41,325 nt of DNA from Bernardetiaceae bacterium (GTDB lineage Bacteria; Bacteroidota; Bacteroidia; Cytophagales; Bernardetiaceae), in NCBI GenBank assembly GCA_036822015.1, contig DAISIL010000002.1, positions 75,268-116,592 of the forward strand, given 5' to 3'. Shown in pieces: positions 1-8,281 of this stretch. The stretch's first letter is position 1. Each line of letters opens with the position of its first letter. Under the pieces are notes generated by a model. The model was not told the DNA's origin. It was given only the letters and a program-made list of their open reading frames with translations, and made no database searches. The position numbers were made by a program, and so were the translations under genes.

Positions 1-310
1 GGGCATTTTCGTTGGCTTCGGCCCCCGAACTACACAAAAACAGTTGGTAGTCGTTTTTGTGGGAGACCTCCCCCAGGCGTTGGGCTAGCTGCCGCTGGAG
101 GGGTAGCTCCACGGCGTTGGAGTAAAACCCGAGCCGGGCCACCTGTTCGCAGATGGCTTGGACGTAGCGTGGATGTCCATGCCCAATCGAAATGACGGCA
201 TGACCGCCATAAAAATCCAGGTACTCTGTGCCGTGGTTGTCATAGACGTAAGCACCCTTGCCGGAGACGACTTCGATGGGATAGACGGGATAGACGTTAT
301 AGGTTTTCAT
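1..310 (-). CDS. argD: acetylornithine aminotransferase, N-terminal part (the gene's 3' end lies beyond the window start)
   Basis: The reverse-strand translation from the ATG at 310..308 reads MKTYNVYPVYPIEVVSGKGAYVYDNHGTEYLDFYGGHAVISIGHGHP..., which is a typical class-III aminotransferase/ArgD N-terminus. The start overlaps the argC stop as ATGA. The ORF track misses it because it is truncated by the window edge. Confidence 0.75.
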   Translation of the reverse strand, partial: MKTYNVYPVYPIEVVSGKGAYVYDNHGTEYLDFYGGHAVISIGHGHPRYVQAICEQVARLGFYSNAVELPLQRQLAQRLGEVSHKNDYQLFLCSSGAEANENA

Positions 311-1269
311 AAGCCGATGGGTTTGAGGTGCAGCCCTAGCGTCTGATCGTAGCCACAGGCAAGGTTCATGTTTTGAACCGCCTGTCCGCTGGCACCCTTG
401 ATGAGGTTATCAAGCGCCGAGACGATGAGTAGTTGCTCCCCCGATTGAATCAACTGAATAAAGCATTTGTTGGTATTAACGACTTGTTTGAGGGCAAGTT
501 CGTGGGGGACAAGCCAGGTGAAGGGATGCTCGGCGTAATAATCGCGGTACAGTTGCTGGTTTTGGGAAAGCGAATGGGTGCTACGCAGGGAAACCGTCGC
601 CAGAATCCCACGGCTGAAGTTGCCGCGCTGCGGGATAAAGTGCAGCGGTGGTAGCTCGGCTTGTAGCCCTCCGAGAGACTCCTCGATCTCGTGGAGATGC
701 TGATGGGTGAAGGCTTTATAGACGGATAGGTTGTTGCTTCGCCAACTGAAATGCGTCGTTGGAGAGGGGTTTTGTCCGGCTCCCGTCGAGCCTGTGGTGG
801 CTTGTATGTGTATGTCGCCCTCGAGCCTTTGCGCCTGGGCAAGGGGTAGGAGTGCTAGCTGTATGGCGGTAGCAAAGCAGCCCGGGTTAGCGATCTTTTG
901 GGCCTCACGCAAGGCAGTTAAGTTGAGCTCGGGCAAGCCATAGACAAACGAATGTGTGTCTCGCTCGAGGCGAAAATCCTGGCTAAGGTCGATGATCTTG
1001 ACCTGATCGGGCTGTGGATGCTGCTCCAGGAAGTCTTTGGAGTCGCCATGCCCGAGGCACAAAAAAAGTACGTCGATTTGCGCCGACAGCGTATCGGTGA
1101 ACTCGAGCGTACAATCGCCGAAGAGGTCTTGATGCACCGCCGCGACGGGCCGCCCAGCCTGGCTTTTGCTATGCACAAAAACGATCTCCACCCCCGGATG
1201 CCAGACCAACAAACGGAGTAGCTCGCCGCCCGTATAGCCGGCCCCACCTGCAATGCCTACCCGAGTCAT
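307..1269 (-). CDS. argC: N-acetyl-gamma-glutamyl-phosphate reductase
   Basis: VGIAGGAGYTGGELLRLL NAD-binding N-terminus and the GCFATA active-site Cys motif. The ORF track starts it at 1290, but the Met at 1269..1267 (MTRVGIAGG...) gives an ATGA overlap with the argG stop and a typical ArgC N-terminus. Confidence 0.9.
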   Translation of the reverse strand: MTRVGIAGGAGYTGGELLRLLVWHPGVEIVFVHSKSQAGRPVAAVHQDLFGDCTLEFTDTLSAQIDVLFLCLGHGDSKDFLEQHPQPDQVKIIDLSQDFRLERDTHSFVYGLPELNLTALREAQKIANPGCFATAIQLALLPLAQAQRLEGDIHIQATTGSTGAGQNPSPTTHFSWRSNNLSVYKAFTHQHLHEIEESLGGLQAELPPLHFIPQRGNFSRGILATVSLRSTHSLSQNQQLYRDYYAEHPFTWLVPHELALKQVVNTNKCFIQLIQSGEQLLIVSALDNLIKGASGQAVQNMNLACGYDQTLGLHLKPIGL

Positions 1270-2465
1270 GCCTGATGAATTTGTTGCCATATCGCGATTT
1301 GGTTACCAAAAATTTTAGAAAATCCTTTGACATCCTCCCCCGTCCAGCTCTTGTTCATTTCGCCGTAGCTCCCGAAGCGATCCGACATCAAATCAAAGGG
1401 ACTTTCGATGCCCAAAACCTCAAAACGATGTGGGTATAGCCGCAAATGAACCGTTCCGCTCACACGGGCTTGGCTGCTGTCGAGAAAAGCCTCTAAGTCG
1501 CGCATCACGGGATCGTGGTACAGCCCTTCGTGGAGAAAGTTGCCGTAGAATGCGCCCAGTTGGTCTTTCCATTGGAGTTGCCACTTGGTGAGTGTGTGTT
1601 TTTCGAGGGCGTGATGCGCCTTGATGAGCAAGATGGGGGCGGCGGCCTCAAAGCCTACCCGCCCTTTGATGCCAATGATCGTATCGCCTACGTGGATGTC
1701 TCGTCCAATCCCGAAGGGCTGTGCTATGGCTTGCAGTTCTTGGATGAGTGCTACGGGCGACCATGTTTGTCCGTTGAGGGCGATGGGTTCTCCTTTCAAA
1801 AACTCTAAGGAGATTGTTTCGGGGTCGGTTTTGGTGATGGGCGTAGGCCAGGCTTCCTCGGGTAGGGGCAGGTGTGAGGTGAGCGTTTCGGCACCACCTA
1901 CGGAGGTTCCCCAGAGACCCTGATTGATGGAGTAGCGGGCCTTTTGGGCATTGTAGGAGATGCCGTGCTGCTGGAGGTAGTCGATTTCGGCTTGGCGGCT
2001 TAGTTGGAGGTCGCGGATGGGGGTGAGGATGGATACCTGCGGGATCAGGACATGAAAAATCATATCGAAGCGCACCTGATCGTTGCCTGCCCCCGTGCTG
2101 CCATGAGCGATATAAGCCGCTCCCAGGGCGCGTGTGTGCTGGGCTACTGCGGTGGCCTGGCAGATACGCTCGGCACTTACCGAGAGTGGATATGTGCTGT
2201 TTTTGAGGACATTGCCAAAGAGCAGATAGCGCAACTGCTCCTGGTAGTAGGTCTGTGTTGCATCGATGGTCGTGTGCTGGGCTACGCCGAGGGCTTGGGC
2301 TTTTTGGGCGATCTGCTGGCATTCGGCATCGGAGAAGCCACCCGTATTGACGGTCAGGGTATGGACTTCCAGCCCGCGGTCTCGGGCTAAGTAGATGGCA
2401 CAAAAGGTGGTATCCAGCCCACCACTAAAAGCCAGGACGACTTTGTTGTTGGTTGCTTGGGTCAT
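1266..2465 (-). CDS. argG: argininosuccinate synthase
   Basis: VVLAFSGGLDTT PP-loop motif and full-length ~400-aa ArgG-like sequence. ATGA overlap with the upstream GNAT gene stop. Confidence 0.93.
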   Translation of the reverse strand: MTQATNNKVVLAFSGGLDTTFCAIYLARDRGLEVHTLTVNTGGFSDAECQQIAQKAQALGVAQHTTIDATQTYYQEQLRYLLFGNVLKNSTYPLSVSAERICQATAVAQHTRALGAAYIAHGSTGAGNDQVRFDMIFHVLIPQVSILTPIRDLQLSRQAEIDYLQQHGISYNAQKARYSINQGLWGTSVGGAETLTSHLPLPEEAWPTPITKTDPETISLEFLKGEPIALNGQTWSPVALIQELQAIAQPFGIGRDIHVGDTIIGIKGRVGFEAAAPILLIKAHHALEKHTLTKWQLQWKDQLGAFYGNFLHEGLYHDPVMRDLEAFLDSSQARVSGTVHLRLYPHRFEVLGIESPFDLMSDRFGSYGEMNKSWTGEDVKGFSKIFGNQIAIWQQIHQA

Positions 2466-3130
2466 GCTTTGCTTTTTTTGGTAAAGATCTTGGACAAACG
2501 CCCCAGAAGGCTACGCTTTTTTTTCATGCGCTTGAGGCGTTCTTTGGCGAGTTGTTTTTGTTCGATTTTGAGTTTTTGCTCTTTGGCTTTGGCTTCGGGA
2601 TCCCAGATCATGGCGGTACAGAGGCAGTTCTTGCGTTCTTTGCTTTGCAAGATTTCATAATTGATACAACTGCTACAACCTTTCCAAAAGTTATCATCTT
2701 GGGTGAGTTCGGAGTAGGGAGCGGGTTCGTAACCCAGCTCGGAGTTGATCTTCATGACGGCAAAGCCGGTCGTGAGTCCGAAGATTTTGGCATCGGGATA
2801 GAGCTTTCGGGAGAGATCAAAGATGGCTTTTTTGATGGCTTTGGCTAGTCCGCAGTTCCTGAACTGTGGATTGACGATCAAGCCCGAGTTGGCGACATAG
2901 CGTCCGTGGCTCCATGTCTCGATGTAACAGAAGCCGGCCCATGTGCCGTCGTGGTGCAGGGCAATGACGGCCTTGCCTTCGGTGATCTTCTCGGCGATGT
3001 ACTCGGGCCGGCGACGGGCAATACCCGTACCGCGCATCTTGGCCGATTCGGCCATCTCTTCACAAATCAACTCGGCATAATGCACGTGATTGGCATTGGC
3101 CTGCACAATCCGAAAATCAGATTTCTGCAT
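2462..3130 (-). CDS. GNAT-family N-acyltransferase, first gene of the arg operon (probable N-acetyl/N-succinyl-glutamate synthase analogue)
   Basis: GNAT-fold-like 222-aa protein with a Lys-rich C-terminal tail. It is translationally coupled to argG (ATGA overlap). Bacteroidota arg clusters characteristically begin with such an acetyltransferase. Confidence 0.7.
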   Translation of the reverse strand: MQKSDFRIVQANANHVHYAELICEEMAESAKMRGTGIARRRPEYIAEKITEGKAVIALHHDGTWAGFCYIETWSHGRYVANSGLIVNPQFRNCGLAKAIKKAIFDLSRKLYPDAKIFGLTTGFAVMKINSELGYEPAPYSELTQDDNFWKGCSSCINYEILQSKERKNCLCTAMIWDPEAKAKEQKLKIEQKQLAKERLKRMKKKRSLLGRLSKIFTKKSKA

Positions 3131-3184
3131 AGGGCAAAAAATATCAAAGCAAAAGGAGGTAAGCGCGTAGCGCGTAAGTCAAAG

Positions 3185-3198
3185 TGGTGTGTGTGTGT
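3185..3198. repeat. (GT)7 dinucleotide microsatellite in the intergenic region between DUF350 gene stop and arg operon start
   Basis: gtggtgtgtgtgtgtag read directly from the sequence. Confidence 0.6.
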
Positions 3199-3210
3199 AG
3201 TGAATGGAGA

Positions 3211-3729
3211 TTAGCGGATGTTTGGTAGCCTGGGGTAAGGTACCAGCGATTCCATGACCTGGATGATGGCCTCCTTAACGAACATGGAGATGACGATCAT
3301 GATGACCCCCGTCAGGATGCCGATGGCGATGTTGTTTTGTCTAATCTCCTCAAACTCGTCAAAGTGCGTCAGGCTGATATAGAGCTGGATGGATAGCCAG
3401 TTAATCAGTAGGGCAATAAAAAAACTGATGACAAAGAAGAGCAAGATATACAAAAATGCCTGTCCGGCGATAGTAGCCACGTGATCGTGGACATCGCGTA
3501 GCTGCCGGATGGTGCTGCTTACCGGTGCCACAATCCCCTCCAAAATATTACCGACCGAAAAAAGCATTGCCGCCCCCAACACCGCAAAAGCGATGTTGTC
3601 TTTTTCGATGTCATAGCGGCGCACGATGAGGCGTTGCATCACCAAAAAGGTGAGGTACAACACAAAAACAGAGAGCAGCAAGGCAATCCCCAACTCTAGC
3701 AGGGAGAGCAAAATCAAGGTGGTGTTCAT
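3211..3729 (-). CDS. DUF350 domain-containing inner-membrane protein (two DUF350 repeats)
   Basis: Two repeats of the hydrophobic-helix + D/E..EI..(G/N)N.A.A motif (YDIEKDNIAFAVLGAAMLF and FDEFEEIRQNNIAIGILTGV). Its N-terminus overlaps the stop of the upstream membrane protein by about 119 nt, so the true start could be an internal Met. Confidence 0.55.
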   Translation of the reverse strand: MNTTLILLSLLELGIALLLSVFVLYLTFLVMQRLIVRRYDIEKDNIAFAVLGAAMLFSVGNILEGIVAPVSSTIRQLRDVHDHVATIAGQAFLYILLFFVISFFIALLINWLSIQLYISLTHFDEFEEIRQNNIAIGILTGVIMIVISMFVKEAIIQVMESLVPYPRLPNIR

Positions 3730-5944
3730 CGTCTTGGGGGTTTGGGCGCAAGGATAAAATCTTTTCGGACAAGGACGGCATCTCCCAGGATACCTGGGCG
3801 AGGCATCGTATGAGGCGACGCGGCATACGGGTATAGTTCCAGACTTCTTCTAGTCCGGACTTGATTTCGAGGGCGGTAAGGTGTACCGTATCCTGGGGCA
3901 AGGCAATGACCTGCCAGAGGAGCGTATCAGCGGGGCGATAACGGACGTAAAGCGAGTCGGTCTGGAGGGCGGCCGCTCCAAAGTTGAGCCTTTGGCCACC
4001 CCGAATGTAAAGGCGGAGTTCGTCGGGCTGGCGTTGGGAGGGCGTATAACGCAGGGTGAGGTAGCGCAGGGAGTCGGTCTGGCCCAGGGTGTCGGTTAGG
4101 AGGTCGATCTGGGGTGCGGGCAGGTAGCGCATACTGTCGCGGGCAGTGAGGAAGCGTTGGTTTGCCCAGGGGAAGATGTCGGGCATCGGGCTGATGTCGG
4201 GGGCATTGCCGAAGAACTGCCGCGTATAGGTATCCGTGCTGGGGTCGGTGCTGCCCCAGAAGGCCTGGTCGCTGCTTAGGTTGATCGCAAAAAAGGCACT
4301 GTTGGGACGTTTGTGGTGTTTGCTGAACGCACTTCCGATGTGTCCGTAGAGCAACAGCCCTAGTCCCGTAACAAGCACGAGCAGGGGCATTGTCCAGCGC
4401 AAACCACCAGCCAGGACGCGCCACTGTGGCAAAAACAAAGCCAGCCACAAGCCTAAGGCACTGCACCAGAGGAGGGTTTTGTCAGCAAAAAGCAAGCCTT
4501 CGATGGTGGCCAGGGGCAGCCAAAGTTCGCCCAAATACCAGCCGGCAGGCAAAAAGAACAAGGTCAGGATGAGGGTATCGGCGGGGTTGTAGTCCGAGGT
4601 TTGGCGACCGCGCAGCAGCACATATACCCAACTCAACAAGCCCCAGAACATCGGAATCAACCAGAAGTGCAGAGCCGCTGTATCGAACAAAGCAAAGCCC
4701 GATAAGTCCATCGCCGCTGGCAAGGCCGATCCAAAAGGAACACCAAAAACAACCAGACCGCAGCCCAATATCGCCCAGGTCAGGGCGGCAGCCCCCAGGT
4801 CAATGGCCCGCAAGAAGCCCGCAAAAAAACCGTACATAAGCCAAAACCCACCTAGCATGAGCAGCGTAAGGCTCAACAAAAATACCGACTGCATCGGGAT
4901 ACCCCGCAGCGACTCCCCCCACCAAACAAAAGCCGGGTGCCAGGCCAGGGTCATCTGCCAAAGCAAAAACGTACCCGTCGCCGCCGTCCCGATCAAGACC
5001 GGAATCACGCACACACTCCAGAGGTACGAACCCAAAGAGATCGCCCCGCGCCATAAGCCCAACAGCAACAGGCAAACCCACACACCAGCCAGGGTCAAGA
5101 AGACGATCCGAGCCTCGAGGTGCGTATAGGCTACCTGCCCGATCAGCGGCACGACAAAGTAGCCCGCTACGGCATCTTCCGAAGCCTTCGCTTGCTCTCG
5201 AAAATTTAAGACCACATCTAGCAGGGTCTGGGTTTGGGCTTCCAGCAGCGGTAGCGAGACGTTCTCGGGGACATCCATGGCCGTCCCTTGCGCCAGATCG
5301 CCCTCCAGGGCCAGCAGCCAGCTTTTGCGCAAAGGCAGCCCCGTAGCCAGGACGGCATCCGCAACGGCCATACCGTGAGGCAGTACCGACTTACTCAACA
5401 ACACGGGTTTTCCGCGTGTCCCGCGCCCGGGCATTGAAAGTTGATGGGTCAGGTCAAGCCCTTGATCTACGGCTAGTTCGGGTTTATTTCCCCAAAAAAA
5501 GACGACATCCACAGGCGGGCGATATTCGGATGAACCCGCCAGCACGGATACCGCTTCGAGCATCGCGGCGGCCTGCAAAGCCTCTGAAGCCGGTAAGGGT
5601 TGCCGCAGAGGAGCTACCACGAGTAGCGTCCGGCTGCTGTCCTGCCCCGGCATACGGAGCCACACCTGATGGCTCGCCTCGAGGGAAAGATAGCCTTGCT
5701 TCTCCTCTTGCTGCACCTGCTGGTAGAGCGTGTCCTGAAAGTCTAGCCCGAGGCTATCGAGCCATCGGGTCAGGTGTGCCGGTGTCGAAGAAGCAAGCCG
5801 CTGAAAGTGCATCTCCAGGCGGTCTTTTTGGAGGGGATAACCCACCGACTGACGGGGCAGCTTTTGGGTCAAGCCAAAAAAAGCAGCCCCGACAAGCAAG
5901 AGCATCAGCCAGGCGGCCAGACGAGCAGAAAGCGAACGTGGCAT
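3611..5944 (-). CDS. large (777 aa) multi-pass membrane protein of unknown function with N-terminal signal/anchor and a about 230-aa C-terminal soluble domain
   Basis: Long ORF with roughly 10 or more hydrophobic helices in the central 350 aa (W/G/L-rich). I recognised no diagnostic catalytic motif. Confidence 0.55.
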   Translation of the reverse strand: MPRSLSARLAAWLMLLLVGAAFFGLTQKLPRQSVGYPLQKDRLEMHFQRLASSTPAHLTRWLDSLGLDFQDTLYQQVQQEEKQGYLSLEASHQVWLRMPGQDSSRTLLVVAPLRQPLPASEALQAAAMLEAVSVLAGSSEYRPPVDVVFFWGNKPELAVDQGLDLTHQLSMPGRGTRGKPVLLSKSVLPHGMAVADAVLATGLPLRKSWLLALEGDLAQGTAMDVPENVSLPLLEAQTQTLLDVVLNFREQAKASEDAVAGYFVVPLIGQVAYTHLEARIVFLTLAGVWVCLLLLGLWRGAISLGSYLWSVCVIPVLIGTAATGTFLLWQMTLAWHPAFVWWGESLRGIPMQSVFLLSLTLLMLGGFWLMYGFFAGFLRAIDLGAAALTWAILGCGLVVFGVPFGSALPAAMDLSGFALFDTAALHFWLIPMFWGLLSWVYVLLRGRQTSDYNPADTLILTLFFLPAGWYLGELWLPLATIEGLLFADKTLLWCSALGLWLALFLPQWRVLAGGLRWTMPLLVLVTGLGLLLYGHIGSAFSKHHKRPNSAFFAINLSSDQAFWGSTDPSTDTYTRQFFGNAPDISPMPDIFPWANQRFLTARDSMRYLPAPQIDLLTDTLGQTDSLRYLTLRYTPSQRQPDELRLYIRGGQRLNFGAAALQTDSLYVRYRPADTLLWQVIALPQDTVHLTALEIKSGLEEVWNYTRMPRRLIRCLAQVSWEMPSLSEKILSLRPNPQDDEHHLDFALPARVGDCLAALCFCVVPHLFGDATPHRAPL

Positions 5945-6085
5945 ACAAAAAAATTATTTTTTTGGGCCGACAAGGTAATAAATTTTTTTAAGTATTCAGC
6001 CGCTAAGCAAACACCAGACTTTTGGCGGATGATAATCCACAAAAATAAAATCTTTTTGGCGTATCTTTACATTCAAAAACCGCAT

Positions 6086-6667
6086 ATGACTTTTGATCCC
6101 GCCCTCATTAACGACTTGATTCATAGCCGACGTTCGGTATTTCCTGACCAGTTCACGGATCAGGTGATCCCCGATGCTATCGTTGAACAGATTTTGGAGA
6201 ACGCCCATCGTGCGCCTACCCACAAAAAAACCGAACCCTGGCGTTTCTTTGTCTTTGCGGGAACTGCACGGGAGCAACTCGCCCAAGCCCAGGCGGAGAT
6301 TTACAAAACCCACACGCCGGCAGAAAAATTTAGCGAAAAGACCTACCAAAAGCTCCTCCAAAAACCCCTCAAAGCCTCCCATATCATCGCTATCGCGATG
6401 CAGCGCGACCCCCGTGAGCGCGTCCCCGAGATCGAAGAGATCGAAGCCGTCGCTTGTGCCGTGCAAAATATCTATTTGAGTGCAACAGCTTATGGCTTAG
6501 GTGGATACTGGGGGAGTGGTGGGATTACGTATTATGCAGCCGCCAAAGAATATTTTGGTTTAGGCGAAAAAGACCGCCTGCTGGGCTTTTTCTATTTGGG
6601 TTATCCGGCGAGCCTACCCGAAGCCAGCCCGCGCAGCCCGATTTCGGAGAAGGTTACCTGGGTCTAA
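6086..6667 (+). CDS. nitroreductase-family oxidoreductase
   Basis: In-frame Met at 6086 (MTFDPALINDLIHSRRSVFPDQF...) gives a 193-aa protein with the nitroreductase-fold pattern (RRS.R.F, C-terminal GYP). The upstream part of the 5774 ORF overlaps the divergent membrane gene and is rejected. Confidence 0.75.
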   Translation: MTFDPALINDLIHSRRSVFPDQFTDQVIPDAIVEQILENAHRAPTHKKTEPWRFFVFAGTAREQLAQAQAEIYKTHTPAEKFSEKTYQKLLQKPLKASHIIAIAMQRDPRERVPEIEEIEAVACAVQNIYLSATAYGLGGYWGSGGITYYAAAKEYFGLGEKDRLLGFFYLGYPASLPEASPRSPISEKVTWV

Positions 6668-8174
6668 ACCCAAGGATGAGTACGTCGTCGAGTTGCTTTT
6701 CTTTGCCGCGCCAGTCGTCGAAGGTCTCGGATAAGATGGTTTCCTGAGTGGCAGCTTCCTGATCCGCAATTTTTGTAACGAGTTGGCGCAGGCGTTTGGC
6801 GGTGTATTTGGTGGGAATGGCTCCGCCGCCAAACTGATCGGGCATACCGTCGGAGGTCATGTAGAAGGTGTCCCCGGGCTGTATGTCAATCTCTTGTGCC
6901 GTGAAATGCTTGGCTTTATCGCCCCAGCTCCCGATAGGCACACGGTCGCCCTTGTAGGTGTCGATTTGCCCTTGGCGCACGCGCCATAAGGGCTGTCTGG
7001 CTCCGGCAAACTGCAGGCGGCTCTGGCTTTGATCGACGCGACAGATGGCCATATCCATCCCATCGGATACCTTTTTGTTATCAACGGATTTGCGGTGGAG
7101 TGTCTGGGCTAGGCGTTGGTCGAGTTGGTGTAGGATTTGATCGGTTTCCCAGCAGTGGTTGTCGGCGATGATCTGTTGGAGGAGCATGTTACCGATCATG
7201 GTCATGAAGCCGCCCGGAACGCCATGCCCGGTACAGTCGGCCAGGACGAGGAATTGGTAGTTTTTCTGAACAGCAAACCAATAAAAATCACCCGATACGA
7301 CATCCTTAGGTCTAAAAAAAGCAAAAAACATTGGGAAATGTTCTCCTATGCGGGCATGTTCGGGCAAGAGGGCGCGTTGGATGCGCTTGGCGTAAGTGAT
7401 GCTGGACATGACCTGTCGGTTGCGCTGATCGAGGAGGTGATGCTTCTCTTCGAGGTCTTCTTTTTGGGTGTTGATTTCTTCGTTTTGTTGGCGGATTTCC
7501 TCGTTTTGTTGTTCGATTTCGTTTTTTTGTTCTTCTACGAGCAGTTGCCCCAGGAACTGAAAGCGCCGGCTGCGCTCAATGACATAGCTGGCCAGCACAC
7601 CTACGGCATTGACACAAAACAAGATAATGTCTTCGTAGCCCAGCTCAAGCAAATCCACGTGCATCACCTGCAAGCCATAAAACTGAAAAGCCGCCAGAAT
7701 CCCCACGCCAAACCAAAGCAGCCGCTCAAAGCGGATGCCCGTAATGGTATAGCCCAAAAACAACACGATGGTCGTGATGCTGACCAAATAAAAATGCGCC
7801 AACTCGGCAATATTGGCTAAGATGAAGTTGCCCGCCGCCGCTACCAACAGGCTCGAAAAAGCTACCCACTGCAAGACCTTCGGTGTCGCGTTCTTTTGGA
7901 GGTAAGTCCAGGCCCAAACGCCCAACAAAAACGGTGCAACGACAGCCAGGCGCACCCATGCCAGGGCAGCAAAGTCGTTGGCGTGCAGAAAAAAATCTAG
8001 CCCGGCAAAAGACCCGTAAATGATCGCCCCCAAAAGTGCCGCCGTGCGGAGCATCCGTAGGTCGGAGGGCAGTGCAAACCAAGCGTACTGCTCCTCCGTA
8101 TCAGGCTCACGGAAGCGCAGCAGCAGGGGGTGCATCGGATGTGCGGATGGTAACATAACGAATGTAAAAAACAA
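6654..8174 (-). CDS. 7TM-receptor-type sensor fused to a PP2C/SpoIIE-family Ser/Thr phosphatase
   Basis: N-terminal about 200 aa with 7 predicted TM helices, then a coiled coil (EEQKNEIEQQNEEIRQQNEEINTQKEDLEE), then a SpoIIE/PP2C domain with the motifs VSGDFYWF, ADCTGHGVPGGFM, DGMDMAIC and DDVLILGFR. Confidence 0.85.
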   Translation of the reverse strand: MFFTFVMLPSAHPMHPLLLRFREPDTEEQYAWFALPSDLRMLRTAALLGAIIYGSFAGLDFFLHANDFAALAWVRLAVVAPFLLGVWAWTYLQKNATPKVLQWVAFSSLLVAAAGNFILANIAELAHFYLVSITTIVLFLGYTITGIRFERLLWFGVGILAAFQFYGLQVMHVDLLELGYEDIILFCVNAVGVLASYVIERSRRFQFLGQLLVEEQKNEIEQQNEEIRQQNEEINTQKEDLEEKHHLLDQRNRQVMSSITYAKRIQRALLPEHARIGEHFPMFFAFFRPKDVVSGDFYWFAVQKNYQFLVLADCTGHGVPGGFMTMIGNMLLQQIIADNHCWETDQILHQLDQRLAQTLHRKSVDNKKVSDGMDMAICRVDQSQSRLQFAGARQPLWRVRQGQIDTYKGDRVPIGSWGDKAKHFTAQEIDIQPGDTFYMTSDGMPDQFGGGAIPTKYTAKRLRQLVTKIADQEAATQETILSETFDDWRGKEKQLDDVLILGFRPR

Positions 8175-8249
8175 AAAGTGGGCCGTCTCTATTTTTTTGT
8201 TGAAGCAGACAAAGAAAAATGATCGTGGCGTAAATTCAAAAAAATTTAA

Positions 8250-8257
8250 TAATTTTG
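8250..8257 (+). promoter_or_regulatory. candidate Bacteroidota sigma-A -7 element (TAnnTTTG) upstream of the TIR gene
   Basis: TAATTTTG lies 25 bp upstream of the ATG at 8282 in an AT-rich divergent intergenic region. No convincing -33 TTG was seen. Confidence 0.3.
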
Positions 8258-8281
8258 ATCTTCAGACAAAAGTAAGGCTTT

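Noticed and set aside
158-346. 62-aa plus-strand ORF at the window start
   Set aside because: It is antisense to the argD N-terminus and argC C-terminus, both of which have clear homology.
1648-2403. 251-aa minus-strand ORF rich in Arg/Pro/His
   Set aside because: It is an alternative frame inside argG. Its composition is low-complexity and Arg/Pro-rich, which is typical of out-of-frame translation of a GC-rich gene.
5774-6085. N-terminal 104 codons of the ORF-track nitroreductase ORF, and the 5416-5991 plus-strand ORF
   Set aside because: They overlap the divergent 777-aa membrane gene and are translated from GC-rich antisense. The conserved nitroreductase sequence begins at the Met at 6086.
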